Shown piece by piece: positions 7,487 through 16,878 of a stretch of DNA of 23,088 nucleotides (the first letter of the stretch is position 1; the number at the start of each line of letters is the position of its first letter). The stretch spans positions 1-23,088 of the forward strand of contig JAOUEV010000053.1 in the NCBI GenBank assembly GCA_029858565.1, in the 5' to 3' direction. This stretch comes from Nitrospirota bacterium. Lineage in GTDB: Bacteria > Nitrospirota > UBA9217. The position numbers and the translations under genes were made by a program. The notes beneath the pieces were generated by a model. The model saw nothing but the letters and a program-made list of their open reading frames with translations. It searched no databases and was not told where the DNA came from.

Positions 7487-8239
7487 ATGCGATCGTTCAT
7501 TCCGTTCTTCATTTGCATCTTCCTCGTGCTCGCCTCCTGCGGCGGGAAAAGACCGCCTGCTCATCAGCCGGCCCCGTCGGGCGGCAAGCAGAAAGCCACG
7601 CAGCGGCCGTACACGGTCATGGGCAAGACCTACGAGCCGCTCAAGAGCCACGTGGGCTTCACCCAGGACGGCATCGGCAGCTGGTACGGAAAGGACTTCC
7701 ACGGAAAGAAGACCAGCAACGGCGAGATCTACGACATGCACGGCCTTACGGCTGCGCACAAGACCCTTCCGCTCGGCGTGTTCGTGAGGGTGAAGAACAA
7801 GGACAACGGCAGCGAGATCGTGGTGCGGGTGAACGACCGGGGGCCTTTTGTGAAGAACCGGGTGATCGATCTGTCCTACGCCGCCGCTCGGAAGCTCGGC
7901 TACGACACTGTCGGCACTGCGCCGGTCCGGATCGAGGCGCTGGGGTATAAGGCGAAAAGCTCGTCCGGCGAGGATTTCTATAATGAACCGGAAAGCTATG
8001 ACAGCGGGAACTATTCGGTGCAGGTGGGATCGTTCCGGGAATACGGCAATGCGAAGCGGCTGTCCGACGACCTGAAGAACCTTTTCGGCCATTCAGAGAT
8101 ACGGTCCGCGACCGTGAACGGCGACCTCTATTACCGCGTGCACGCGGGCAAATACACGTCGCTCAAGGCCGCGGAGGAGGCCGAGAGAAAGTTCATTGAC
8201 CACGGCTATCCCGGCAGTTTCACGGTGTCGCTGGATTAA
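7487..8239 (+). CDS. rlpA: septal ring lytic transglycosylase RlpA (lipoprotein, DPBB + SPOR)
   Basis: Lipobox LASC, GIGSWYGKDFHGKKTSNGE, TAAHKTLP, VNDRGPF, RVIDLSYAAA, and C-terminal SPOR (VQVGSF...YRVHAG). Start at 7487 gives a proper signal peptide. Confidence 0.93.
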   Translation: MRSFIPFFICIFLVLASCGGKRPPAHQPAPSGGKQKATQRPYTVMGKTYEPLKSHVGFTQDGIGSWYGKDFHGKKTSNGEIYDMHGLTAAHKTLPLGVFVRVKNKDNGSEIVVRVNDRGPFVKNRVIDLSYAAARKLGYDTVGTAPVRIEALGYKAKSSSGEDFYNEPESYDSGNYSVQVGSFREYGNAKRLSDDLKNLFGHSEIRSATVNGDLYYRVHAGKYTSLKAAEEAERKFIDHGYPGSFTVSLD

Positions 8240-8247
8240 GACAATTT

Positions 8248-8274
8248 CGGCGGTGCGTTTTTCACGCACCGCCG
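8248..8274. terminator. hairpin terminator between convergent rlpA and cytochrome c' genes
   Basis: CGGCGGTGCGT-N5-ACGCACCGCCG, an 11-bp perfect stem 8 bp after the rlpA stop. The U-tract is weak. Confidence 0.65.
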
Positions 8275-8335
8275 TCTCGTTTCGCCGGTATCCTAGCCCT
8301 TACCCCTTCAGCCCCTCTTTGGCTTCTTAATCCTG

Positions 8336-8845
8336 CTACTTAAACATCCCGTGGCACCTGACGCAGCCGTCTAGCAGCCCCTTGGTGATCGTCAGCATTT
8401 TCTGCTGATCGTTCTTCTTCGCGGCCGCGGCGAGATTTTCGAGCTCTCCGTGGAATTCCTTGTCCATTTTCACGAATGTTTCCAGCTTGTCCGCGTTCTT
8501 CGTGAGCTTCACCGTGCCGTGGTGCACTCCCTCGTGGGTCTTTTCCATGGTCCCGTGCATGGAGTGGAGCGCGTGATAGACACGCTGACCGTCGCCCAAT
8601 GAAACCGCCGAGACCACATCGCGGAACACCCCGTCCAGGATCTGCATTTCCTCGATCAGCGGATTGCCGCCGCCCTTTGACGCCGCCGGCGCTCCGTGAC
8701 CGTGTGTGCTCTTGTGCTCTTTGCTCTCCTGTTTGTGCTCCGCGTCATGATCATGCCCGGCTCCTGCGCTTAGGGCGAAAAGGAACAGCCCCGCGCAGAG
8801 CAGCGCAAATACCCTGATACTGCCTCTTGTCTCGAACATCAGCAT
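8336..8845 (-). CDS. class II cytochrome c (cytochrome c'-like) with His-rich N-terminal segment
   Basis: Signal peptide, predicted helical body, single C-terminal CVRCH heme motif, HDHDAEH...HGHG linker, and an AAGGAGG RBS. Confidence 0.8.
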   Translation of the reverse strand: MLMFETRGSIRVFALLCAGLFLFALSAGAGHDHDAEHKQESKEHKSTHGHGAPAASKGGGNPLIEEMQILDGVFRDVVSAVSLGDGQRVYHALHSMHGTMEKTHEGVHHGTVKLTKNADKLETFVKMDKEFHGELENLAAAAKKNDQQKMLTITKGLLDGCVRCHGMFK

Positions 8846-8880
8846 ACCCTCCTTGGTGATCGGTCATTTGCATCTGCAGC

Positions 8881-8923
8881 ATGATAAGAGATAACCAGCC
8901 GACCCTGTATGACGTATATCATA
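8881..8923 (-). promoter_or_regulatory. class II CRP/FNR-family activated promoter: TATGA-N6-TCATA (8908-8923) plus -10 TATCAT (8886..8881)
   Basis: Perfect 5-6-5 palindrome. Its centre (8915.5) is -41.5 relative to a start site inferred at 8874 from the -10 box. Confidence 0.6.
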
Positions 8924-9204
8924 ATATTCAATCTCTCATAACTCTTCGTGAATAGTGTTCGCGGAAAAGAGCGCCTTGAATCACGGGAAGGAAAGATGCC
9001 TCCCAGGCGCCGGAAACCTATGATCAAGGGAATTTTACGGTCCTGGCGGCTTCGTTTAAGGACCTGCAGAGCGCGGACCGGCTCGCCGAGCAAGCTCAAG
9101 AAGCTATTCGGCCAGACAGCTGAAAAGAAGTTCGGTAAGCATGGCTGTCCCCGGTGCTTTGTCCTCTCCCGGGATTGATCGCAGGGTTCACCGGCGATAA
9201 GCGC

Positions 9205-9507
9205 TTACACCAGGTAATCCACCGCCACCCGGCTCTCCCGCACCTTGCCCACGAACTCGGCGATCTTCATGTGCTCAGGATGCTTCGCGTACGCGCCCAG
9301 GTCGGCCTCGTTCGCGAACTCGGAATAGATCGCCACGTCGTACGCGGCTTCGCCGGGGATGCAGTTGATGCCGACCTCAAGATGCCTGATCTGGGGTATC
9401 CTGCTTTTCAGCGCTTCCAGATCGGCCTTGATCTTCCTGGCGTTCGTTTCCTTGTCCGCGCCTTCGGCTGAGGGCTTCAGTTTGAACAGAACAATGTGCT
9501 TCAGCAT
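9205..9507 (-). CDS. Dabb family (stress-responsive A/B barrel) protein
   Basis: MLKHIVLFKLK...IPQIRHLEVG...YAKHPEH...VDY. AAGGAG RBS before the ATG at 9507. Confidence 0.9.
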   Translation of the reverse strand: MLKHIVLFKLKPSAEGADKETNARKIKADLEALKSRIPQIRHLEVGINCIPGEAAYDVAIYSEFANEADLGAYAKHPEHMKIAEFVGKVRESRVAVDYLV

Positions 9508-9675
9508 GATGTGCTCCTTGATCGAGATGAATTGTAAACGTCTGGCAGAGGGACATCGTGACAGGCGTTGAGCAGGCGGGCGAGGTATCAGGGTCAAGGC
9601 CGGGAATGAGCCGGCTGGTTCAAGGGGTCGTCACGATCTTCGGTGCTTGGGGTCTTCTTGACGCATCGGCGAGCA

Positions 9676-10443
9676 TCACACCTCCAGCACGTCCGACACG
9701 GCATACCTGCTCGCCACGCCCACGGCAGGTGAAGAGCCGCATACCTCCTGAAATGTCCGGAGCGCCACTTCCGGACTGTTGTTCTGCTCCGACAGATGGC
9801 CGAGCCGCGCCCAGGAAAGCCTGCTGCCGAATGCCGGACCGAGCAGTTCCGCGGCCTCGCGGTTCGAAATGTGGCCGCGGGGCCCCTTGATCCGCTGCTT
9901 GAGGTACTTGGGATAGGGACCGTTGGCCAGCATGTGGGGATCGTAGTTGCTTTCGAGCAGCACCGCGTCGCAGGAAGCAATGAGCCTGCCCAGGTCGCTG
10001 AACACATGCCCCAGGTCGGTCATGATGCCGAGCCGCCTGCTGCCGTTGTCGACAATGAAGATCACCCCATCTTCGCCGTCATGCGGCGTCGGTACCGTAT
10101 GGACCGCGACAGTTCCGAACCGGAGCGCGGACCCGGAGCGGAAGTGCTGGATCTCCTTCAGCACGCCGAGATTGCATCTGCCCTGGGCGGCAGAAAGGGT
10201 GCGCGGCGTTACGAACAGCGGGATCCCGTACTTGCGCTGGAATATGCCCGCGGACCGGATATGATCGCCGTGGTCGTGGGACACGATGACGGCCTGGACC
10301 TTGCGGATGTCCCTTCCGTGGTGCGCCAGCCGCTCCTCGGCCGCGGAGCCGCTGATCCCCGCGTCAAAGAGCAGCCGAACGTCGCCGGACTCGACATAAA
10401 TGCAGTTGCCGTTGCTTCCCGACTGAAGTGAGATCATCCGCAT
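9676..10443 (-). CDS. MBL-fold metallo-hydrolase (YycJ/WalJ-like)
   Basis: LQSGSNGN, FDAGIS, SHDHGDH, PHDG, TDLG, LESNYD, GHISN and HLSEQNN. The promoter position favours ATG 10443 over 10476. Confidence 0.9.
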   Translation of the reverse strand: MRMISLQSGSNGNCIYVESGDVRLLFDAGISGSAAEERLAHHGRDIRKVQAVIVSHDHGDHIRSAGIFQRKYGIPLFVTPRTLSAAQGRCNLGVLKEIQHFRSGSALRFGTVAVHTVPTPHDGEDGVIFIVDNGSRRLGIMTDLGHVFSDLGRLIASCDAVLLESNYDPHMLANGPYPKYLKQRIKGPRGHISNREAAELLGPAFGSRLSWARLGHLSEQNNSPEVALRTFQEVCGSSPAVGVASRYAVSDVLEV

Positions 10444-10484
10444 GGACCCTGCATTCCTTTCCCGTACAGCGCGCAACTGCTCCT

Positions 10485-10513
10485 ACTGTAACTCCGCGGT
10501 GCCTGCTTGGCAA
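10485..10513 (-). promoter_or_regulatory. sigma70-type promoter TTGCCA-N17-TACAGT for the metallo-hydrolase
   Basis: Near-consensus boxes with 17-bp spacing. Confidence 0.5.
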
Positions 10514-10550
10514 CTGGAATCAGTCTTTTCGTGACCTCGGCAAGCGACTA

Positions 10551-10559
10551 TGCTATACT
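10551..10559 (+). promoter_or_regulatory. extended -10 (TGCTATACT) for the hybrid kinase
   Basis: 22 bp upstream of ATG 10582, followed by a GAGGAG RBS. Confidence 0.5.
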
Positions 10560-10581
10560 CCTCTGAGGAGTCGGCAAGGCC

Positions 10582-13488
10582 ATGGTTCTGAACATTCACG
10601 CGATTCTCGGGTATCCGCTGGTCTTTATTGCCGGACTGGAATTCCTGCTCGGCCTCATCCTGCTGCAGCAGAACCCGCGCAGGCGGCCGAGCATCGGAAC
10701 GGTCGCCGTCCTGGCGTACTTTTCCTCCGCCTTCTCGCTCTGCACCGGCGTCATGTATATTCAGGCGTCGACCGGCGCATCCTATGACCTGTTCGCCCGC
10801 CTCAACTGGATCGGCTGGTTCACGCTCGTCCCGGCGCTGCAGTTCCTCTACTATCTTCAGGACGAGTCCGGCCGCGCCGCGCCGCGCATCGGGTGGGCCC
10901 TGTACCCGGTCTGGACGGTCGCGCTCCTGCTGAGCGTTTTCTCCGATCTCATCGTCACCAGGCAGTACACGCTGACCCCGTTCCGGAACGTGCCCGGACC
11001 GCTCGACCAGCCGTTCCGCCTCTTCGGGGCGCTGCTCACGGCCTGGCTCATCGTGAAGATCGTCCATCTGCGCAGGAGGTCGTCGGGCCCGCTCCGGAAG
11101 GAGCTTACGTACTACTTCGCCGGCGTGCTCATCTTCGGCGGCGGCGCCGGCCTGACCGCGGGGCTGCTCCAGCAGTTCGGCGGCTTCGGCTTTGAACCCG
11201 GCCTCAGCTCGTACTTCAGCCTGCCCTGGGTCCTCCTGACCTTCTATGCCATTGCGCGCTACCAGCTCTTCGATGCCCGCCTGATCCTGTCGCGGACCAT
11301 CACGGCGCTGACGATCCTCATCGTGCTGTCGCTGATCCAGGCCGGGCTGTTCCTCCTGCTGGCGGGTTCGCTCGGACCGGTCCTGACCGTTTTCGCGACC
11401 CTTTCGCTGCTCGGTCTCCTGCTCTTCGCCACGCCGTTCCGCGGGTTCGTTGAGCGCTGGGTCGACACCTTGATCACGCAGGACAGCGGCCACCATCGTG
11501 AGATGCTCCGCACATCGGCGCGTTCGCTCGCTTTGATCCTGCATCTTGACGAACTTCTGGATTCCCTCATATCCTCGCTCCGCAGGGGACTGGGCGTGGA
11601 GCGGATCGGGATCTACCTTCGCCGGTCCGGCGGCCCCTTCCTGCTGCAGCGGGCGGTCCCCTCCCCGGCCCCTGCCGGCGAGGCGCTCCCGGACGACCTG
11701 GCCCGACGCATCGTCGGCGATCATATGCCGATCATCCGCCGCGTTGAGGAACAGCTTACGCCCGATGAGTCAGCCCTGCGCAGCCTTGCGGCCATGGAGC
11801 CTGCAGGCATGGAAGTGGTCCTTCCGCTGTTGAACCGGGGCGAGATCATCGGCGTGCTGACCGTGGGCCCGCGGACCGGCGCGCTCTACACCCAGAGCGA
11901 CATCATTGTGCTGGAAACGCTGGCCGGTCATGCCGCGGCAGCGCTCGCGAACGCCATCCTCTTTGAGGAGACCATGAGCATCAAGGAGTCGCTCCGCCGG
12001 AGCGAGGAGCTGTTCCGCACGCTTACGGAGACCGCGCCCGGGGCCATTATCATCCACCAGTGGGGCGTGATCAAGTACGCCAATCCGGCGGCGGAACGGC
12101 TCTTCGCACGCGAACGCGGCGACCTGGTGTCGTTCCCGTTCCTGCAGCTCATACACCCTGATGACCGCGGCCTCCTGCCGGACCCGGTCCAGCCGCTCGC
12201 GGAAAGCGCTTCCGCGCCCGCGGAATTCCGCGTGCTGAGGAGCACCGGCGAATCGCGCTGGGTCATCGCCTCGGCCAGCCCCGTCACCTATCAGACCGGT
12301 CAGGCGGTCATCGCGACGTTGCTCGATACCACGGACCGCAAGAACCTCGAGAGCAAAGTGCGCTACATGCAGAAAATGGAGGCCATCGGAAAACTGTCCG
12401 GCGGCGTTGCCCATGACTTCAATAATATCCTGAGCACCATCGTCGGCCAGAGCAACCTGATCCAGATGAGCCTGCCGCCGGACAGCGACCTGGGCAGGCA
12501 CGCCGAGCGGATCCTTGAAGCGACGGAGCGCGCCGCTGCGTTGACCCAGCGGCTCCTCACCTTCGGCGCACGCAAGGACGCGCAGCTCAGGCCGTGCAGT
12601 CTGTCCGCCCTTGTCGCGAACCAGGAGGGGTTCATACATTCATCCCTGCCGGGTACGGTCAGGATCGCGGTCCCGAAACTGACGGCCCTGCTGCCGGTCA
12701 TGGCGGACAGAGGCCAGATCGAGCGCGTGATCATGAACCTTGCCGTCAATGCACGCGACGCGATGCCCGACGGCGGCGAGATCACGCTCGACGCGGGTGA
12801 GCAGGAACTCGACGACCGGTTCCGGCAGGAACACGGCTTCGGAAAACCGGGGCGCTATGCCTGGTTCTCTGTACGCGACAACGGGACGGGCATGGAGGAT
12901 TCGGTACGGCAGCGGATCTTCGAACCCTTCTTTACTACCAAGAGCGCGGGCAAAGGCACGGGCTTCGGCCTGTCCATTGTCTACGATATCGTGAAGGAGC
13001 ACCATGGCTATATAACCGTTTCCAGCAGCCCGGGAAAGGGCTCGCTCTTCACGGTCTATCTTCCTCTTGCCGAGACGCAGGTCGACGGCGCGCTTCGCAG
13101 CGCCCGCTCCCTGGAGTCGGCGTCCGGCCTTGTCCTGCTTGCCGATGATGACGATGAATCCCGGCGCCATTTCCGCTCGGTCCTGGAAGGGCACGGTTTT
13201 GTCGTTGTCGAAGCCCGGAACGGCGAGGAAGCGCTCCAGCTGTTCACCCAGCGCAGGAACGACGTCCGCCTGGTCATCTCGGATATCGTGATGCCGAGAA
13301 TGAACGGCCGGGAACTGTTCCATGCCCTGCGCGCGCAGCGTCCGGCCCTGGGTTTCCTGTTCATCAGCGGCTACAGTGAAGATGTGCTGCTGAGGAACGG
13401 GCTGCTTGACCGGGGGCAGCATTTTCTTCCCAAGCCTGCCATGCCCGGGGATATCATCGCCATGACCCGTCTGGTCCTGGGTCTGTAG
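10582..13488 (+). CDS. hybrid sensor histidine kinase (multi-TM HisKA_7TM-like, GAF, PAS, HisKA, HATPase, receiver)
   Basis: Hydrophobic N-terminal ~290 aa; GAF ([15 protein letters not shown]); PAS ([16 protein letters not shown]); H-box [11 protein letters not shown]; [30 protein letters not shown]; receiver ADDDD...SDIVMP...ISGY...PKP. Confidence 0.93.
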   Translation: MVLNIHAILGYPLVFIAGLEFLLGLILLQQNPRRRPSIGTVAVLAYFSSAFSLCTGVMYIQASTGASYDLFARLNWIGWFTLVPALQFLYYLQDESGRAAPRIGWALYPVWTVALLLSVFSDLIVTRQYTLTPFRNVPGPLDQPFRLFGALLTAWLIVKIVHLRRRSSGPLRKELTYYFAGVLIFGGGAGLTAGLLQQFGGFGFEPGLSSYFSLPWVLLTFYAIARYQLFDARLILSRTITALTILIVLSLIQAGLFLLLAGSLGPVLTVFATLSLLGLLLFATPFRGFVERWVDTLITQDSGHHREMLRTSARSLALILHLDELLDSLISSLRRGLGVERIGIYLRRSGGPFLLQRAVPSPAPAGEALPDDLARRIVGDHMPIIRRVEEQLTPDESALRSLAAMEPAGMEVVLPLLNRGEIIGVLTVGPRTGALYTQSDIIVLETLAGHAAAALANAILFEETMSIKESLRRSEELFRTLTETAPGAIIIHQWGVIKYANPAAERLFARERGDLVSFPFLQLIHPDDRGLLPDPVQPLAESASAPAEFRVLRSTGESRWVIASASPVTYQTGQAVIATLLDTTDRKNLESKVRYMQKMEAIGKLSGGVAHDFNNILSTIVGQSNLIQMSLPPDSDLGRHAERILEATERAAALTQRLLTFGARKDAQLRPCSLSALVANQEGFIHSSLPGTVRIAVPKLTALLPVMADRGQIERVIMNLAVNARDAMPDGGEITLDAGEQELDDRFRQEHGFGKPGRYAWFSVRDNGTGMEDSVRQRIFEPFFTTKSAGKGTGFGLSIVYDIVKEHHGYITVSSSPGKGSLFTVYLPLAETQVDGALRSARSLESASGLVLLADDDDESRRHFRSVLEGHGFVVVEARNGEEALQLFTQRRNDVRLVISDIVMPRMNGRELFHALRAQRPALGFLFISGYSEDVLLRNGLLDRGQHFLPKPAMPGDIIAMTRLVLGL

Positions 13489-13618
13489 CAACCGCGCCCG
13501 GCCATCCCTGTTACATATGCGAATGTCGCCCGGAGACATGAGATTCCGTGCTCTCATGCACGCAGGCCAGTGTTTATCTTGCTGTAAGATGATCAGGAGC
13601 CTGTGCTCTTTTTACCTC

Positions 13619-13640
13619 ACCTGTGTCAAATAGGACAGGT
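13619..13640. promoter_or_regulatory. putative enhancer site ACCTGT-N10-ACAGGT (TGT-N10-ACA) upstream of a sigma54 promoter
   Basis: Perfect 6-bp arms about 220 bp upstream of the -24 box at 13858. Confidence 0.45.
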
Positions 13641-13856
13641 ACTCGGCACCATCTTCCCTGAACCTGTAGCCATCCAATCAACCTCAAGAGCCGCCTGCGT
13701 TTCTTTCTCCCTGCACCGATTAAGGACCCGGAAAAACGCATGTCATTGATAAGTCTGGTTCATTCAACGCATGCAGGTTGGTGACCTACGAGCTGCGCTC
13801 TTCGTACCATGACCCGGATGGATCATAGAGGCACAACATCTTTAACCGCTGCCTTC

Positions 13857-13872
13857 TGGCATTACCCTTGCT
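13857..13872 (+). promoter_or_regulatory. sigma54 (-24/-12) promoter TGGCATTACCCTTGCT
   Basis: GG-N10-GC spacing with TGGCA and TTGCT boxes, 33 bp upstream of the small ORF. Confidence 0.7.
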
Positions 13873-13905
13873 TATAAGGAAGGAGAGATCTCGGAAAAGG
13901 AGGAT

Positions 13906-14109
13906 ATGATGATGAACCTTAACTTCGCGCCCAAAAGGGATGAGATGGACCGGGAGATAGAGCATTGTGTTGCGCTCAACAGGCTGGACACGCTCAACAG
14001 CATCTGCAACAGCTGCCTGAACCAGCGGGTCAAGACCGCGATCCTGTCGTCCTGCCGGACCTGCACGATCCAGGCGGGAAAAGAAACGATCCTGAAGCGG
14101 ATCCACTAG
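13906..14109 (+). CDS. small Cys-rich protein (C + CxxC + CxxC), function unknown
   Basis: AGGAGG RBS at 13898-13903, sigma54 promoter upstream, host-like codon usage, and CNSC and CRTC motifs. The start could be any of three consecutive ATGs. Confidence 0.7.
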   Translation: MMMNLNFAPKRDEMDREIEHCVALNRLDTLNSICNSCLNQRVKTAILSSCRTCTIQAGKETILKRIH

Positions 14110-14201
14110 GAAAGAACCTGTCGGAGAAATTATCCGCCTGGCCAGGCTGAAAAGTGTTAAGATTCCCCTTGCCTGCGGCTCCGTGCCGCGGGGATCTTGC
14201 T

Positions 14202-15197
14202 TTGCGGGAACACCGGCATTCTTTGCGACCATCCATTCACATCCGCGATCTGCTGATAGATCCGCCTCTTCTGCTGGCCCCCATGGCCGGCGTTACCCAC
14301 AGCGCTCTCAGGCAGATCCTGATCAGCTTCGGCGGCGTCGGCCTTTTATCCACGGAAATGCTTTCATCAAGGAAACTGCCAACGGAAAGTCCGCGATTCT
14401 CGCCCTTCCTGATCAGAACCGCTATCGAGAAACCGCTTTCCTACCAGCTATTGATATCCGCTGATGACGAGATGGACAGAGCGATCGACGCCCTGCACAG
14501 GCTGCGGGCCGATGCCATTGATCTGAACATGGGATGTCCCGCGCCCTCGGTCGGCAGGAGCGGTGCGGGCATCCGGCTGATGGAACGACCCGGTGATGTC
14601 CGCGTCATGGTGAGCAAAGCACGCAGACTGACGCAGCTCCCCCTGACCGCGAAGATCCGGATCGGCATCGACCTGGACGAGCAGAAGCTCGTGGACTTTT
14701 GCCGCATGCTTCAGGACGAGGGTATCGACCTGCTTTCGGTCCACGCCCGGCTGAAGCACGAGTCCTTTGCGCGCAGTCCGAGATGGGAGACCATCGCTGC
14801 GGTGAAGAAGCGGCTCTCCATTCCGGTGATCGCCAACGGCGGCATCTTCACCGTCGATGACGCTCGCAAATGTCTTGAACTGTCGGAAGCGGACGGCCTG
14901 ATGCTCGGCCGCGGAGCAGTGATCCGGCCCTGGCTCTTTGCAGACATCGCCCGCGAGGTCTTCGGTAAAGACCTGCCGCGGACCGAGGCAGATCTGCCAA
15001 GGATGTACAATGACTTCATTGACAAGCTTGTGGGGCTGTACCGCCCGGAATACCGGCTCGGCAGACTAAAGGAGTTCACCCACTATTTCGCCAAGAACTA
15101 CCAATTCGGCCATCACCTGGCGTCGCGGGTGCAGTCCTGTGAAAGCGTGGAAGCGGCGCGGGAGCGGGCCGGGGAGTTCTTCCGGACGAGCACCTAA
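14202..15197 (+). CDS. tRNA-dihydrouridine synthase (Dus) family protein
   Basis: LAPMAGVT, IDLNMGCP, KIRIG, VHAR, VIANGGI and GLMLGRGA. Start uncertain (14154, 14202 or 14223). Confidence 0.9.
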   Translation: MREHRHSLRPSIHIRDLLIDPPLLLAPMAGVTHSALRQILISFGGVGLLSTEMLSSRKLPTESPRFSPFLIRTAIEKPLSYQLLISADDEMDRAIDALHRLRADAIDLNMGCPAPSVGRSGAGIRLMERPGDVRVMVSKARRLTQLPLTAKIRIGIDLDEQKLVDFCRMLQDEGIDLLSVHARLKHESFARSPRWETIAAVKKRLSIPVIANGGIFTVDDARKCLELSEADGLMLGRGAVIRPWLFADIAREVFGKDLPRTEADLPRMYNDFIDKLVGLYRPEYRLGRLKEFTHYFAKNYQFGHHLASRVQSCESVEAARERAGEFFRTST

Positions 15198-15413
15198 GGA
15201 GCAGGCGGCCTGCAGCCAGTAGCCGGGAGTCTGTGGCTGGGAAAGAAAGGGGAGCGGCCCTGCGCCTGCGTGGGAGCCAGAGCTTTTGTTTCAACAGCTC
15301 GGCATCGACCTTGCGCATCACCTGCGAAGACACCAGCAGACCCTCGTCGAACTCCGTAACAGGCAGGACGTCGCAGGAATGCGGTGCGGTGTCGGGTTCG
15401 GCCGTGGGAGCGG

Positions 15414-15836
15414 TCAAACTCCCACGATGAAAACGGGACAGGGGGCCTGCTGGATCACCTTTTCAATGACATGGTCTCCCAGGAGCCGTTCATACCAGCT
15501 CTTCTTCTGCTTCGCGCCGAGAATGATCAGGTCGCACCGCTCCTCGGCCGCAACGTCCACGATGGTCCGCGGAACGTCTCCCTCTTCCAGCCGGGTCTTG
15601 ATCAGCGCCCCTTCTGCCTTTGCTGCCGCCGCGATGCCCGACAGGGCCTGCTCCGCTCCGCTGTCGAGCACATCGCCGATGTTCTTGATGCCCGTAAGGT
15701 TCAGGTCCCCGTCGTAGGACGGGATCACCTTCAGCACCGTGACCCAGGTCTTCTCATCCTGCGCCAGTTCGATGCCCTTCTTCAGCACGTCCAGGGAACC
15801 GTTCACCGCCACCAGTACTTTTCTATAGCCTCGCAT
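15414..15836 (-). CDS. universal stress protein (single domain)
   Basis: YRKVLVAVNGS...CDLIILGA...LLGDHVIEKVIQQAPCPVFIV. GGAG RBS before ATG 15836. Confidence 0.9.
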   Translation of the reverse strand: MRGYRKVLVAVNGSLDVLKKGIELAQDEKTWVTVLKVIPSYDGDLNLTGIKNIGDVLDSGAEQALSGIAAAAKAEGALIKTRLEEGDVPRTIVDVAAEERCDLIILGAKQKKSWYERLLGDHVIEKVIQQAPCPVFIVGV

Positions 15837-15871
15837 GATTTCGCTCCAATTCCTTGACATCAATTTCTTTA

Positions 15872-15998
15872 GACACTGAGGACACAGAAGATACTGTGAA
15901 TACGTCTACGATTTTCTTCCGGTCCTTTCCGCCTTGATCGGAGCCGTTATCCGCCTCTGACCTGTCAAGGACCTTGGCGTTTCAGTGTCCTCAGTGTC
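15872..15998. repeat. intergenic inverted repeat (18-bp arms, 17/18) of 9-nt GACACTGAG units between two usp genes
   Basis: GACACTGAGGACACAGAA (15872-15889) versus the reverse complement of 15981-15998, GACACTGAGGACACTGAA. Confidence 0.8.
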
Positions 15999-16014
15999 GA
16001 AAATGCTTTCTCTC

Positions 16015-16878
16015 TTACTTCACCACCAGGATCGGGCAGTTGGCATGGCTGATCACCCGGTTCGTGGTGCTGCCCATGATCGCCTTGCTCATGCCCTTCC
16101 AGCCATAGGTGCCCATGGCGATAAGGTCGTTCTCCAGCTTGGCGGCCGTTGCCGCGATCTCATCGGATGCGTGTCCTTCCCGGATCGCGGTCGCCACCGT
16201 GATGCCCATTCCTGCGGCCATGTCCTTCGCCTGCTGGACCACCTTTTCCGCTTCCAACATGAGGCTCTTCTTGATCGACTCGGAGCGGTAGAATTCCATC
16301 ATCTCCTCGTACCGCGGGATCACATAGAGCACCGTGACCTTCGTTCCTTCCGCCTTTGCCATCTCCAGCGCCCGGGTCATTGCCTTTTTGCTGAACTCGG
16401 ACCCGTCGAACGGCACGAGCAGCGATGTGTAGCTCCCTGTGCATTCAGCACAGGGCCGTTTTACGACCAGCACGTCGCAGGGCGCCGAGAGGATCACCTC
16501 GGAGGTGACGCTGCCCATGAGCAGACGGTTCAGGCCTTTTCTGCCGTAGGTGCCGAGCGCGATCAGGTCCGCTTTCTTGCCCTGGGCGATGTCCGCGAGC
16601 ACGGCCGCAGGCTCGCCTTCGCATACAAAGGACTCGACGCTGCCGTTCAGCCCGAACCGCGCGTTCAGGTCCTTCTTGGCCTGCAAACAGACATGGGTTC
16701 CCGCTTCAAAGCGTTTTTCCATCTGCGACGGCAGGATCGCGAACTCCTCCTGGTCGAAATAGACCGCGTGGACCAGGAAGAGCTTGCCGTTCTTGTTCTT
16801 GACCCGGAGCGAGGCTTCCTTGAGCGCCGCCTTGCTCGACTCCGACTCGTCGTATCCTACTACGATGGTGTTGTACAT
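16015..16878 (-). CDS. universal stress protein (tandem domains)
   Basis: MYNTIVVGYDES...LIALGTYGRKG...MGSVT...CDVLVVK, then YTSLLVPFDGS...MGTYGWKG...MGSTT...CPILVVK. The ATG overlaps the upstream stop (TAATG). The longer 17232 start is spurious. Confidence 0.93.
   Translation of the reverse strand: MYNTIVVGYDESESSKAALKEASLRVKNKNGKLFLVHAVYFDQEEFAILPSQMEKRFEAGTHVCLQAKKDLNARFGLNGSVESFVCEGEPAAVLADIAQGKKADLIALGTYGRKGLNRLLMGSVTSEVILSAPCDVLVVKRPCAECTGSYTSLLVPFDGSEFSKKAMTRALEMAKAEGTKVTVLYVIPRYEEMMEFYRSESIKKSLMLEAEKVVQQAKDMAAGMGITVATAIREGHASDEIAATAAKLENDLIAMGTYGWKGMSKAIMGSTTNRVISHANCPILVVK

Noticed and set aside
13537-13558. CATGAGA-N8-TCTCATG dyad after the hybrid kinase
   Set aside because: Weak stem with no U-tract, so it is not supportable as a terminator or operator.
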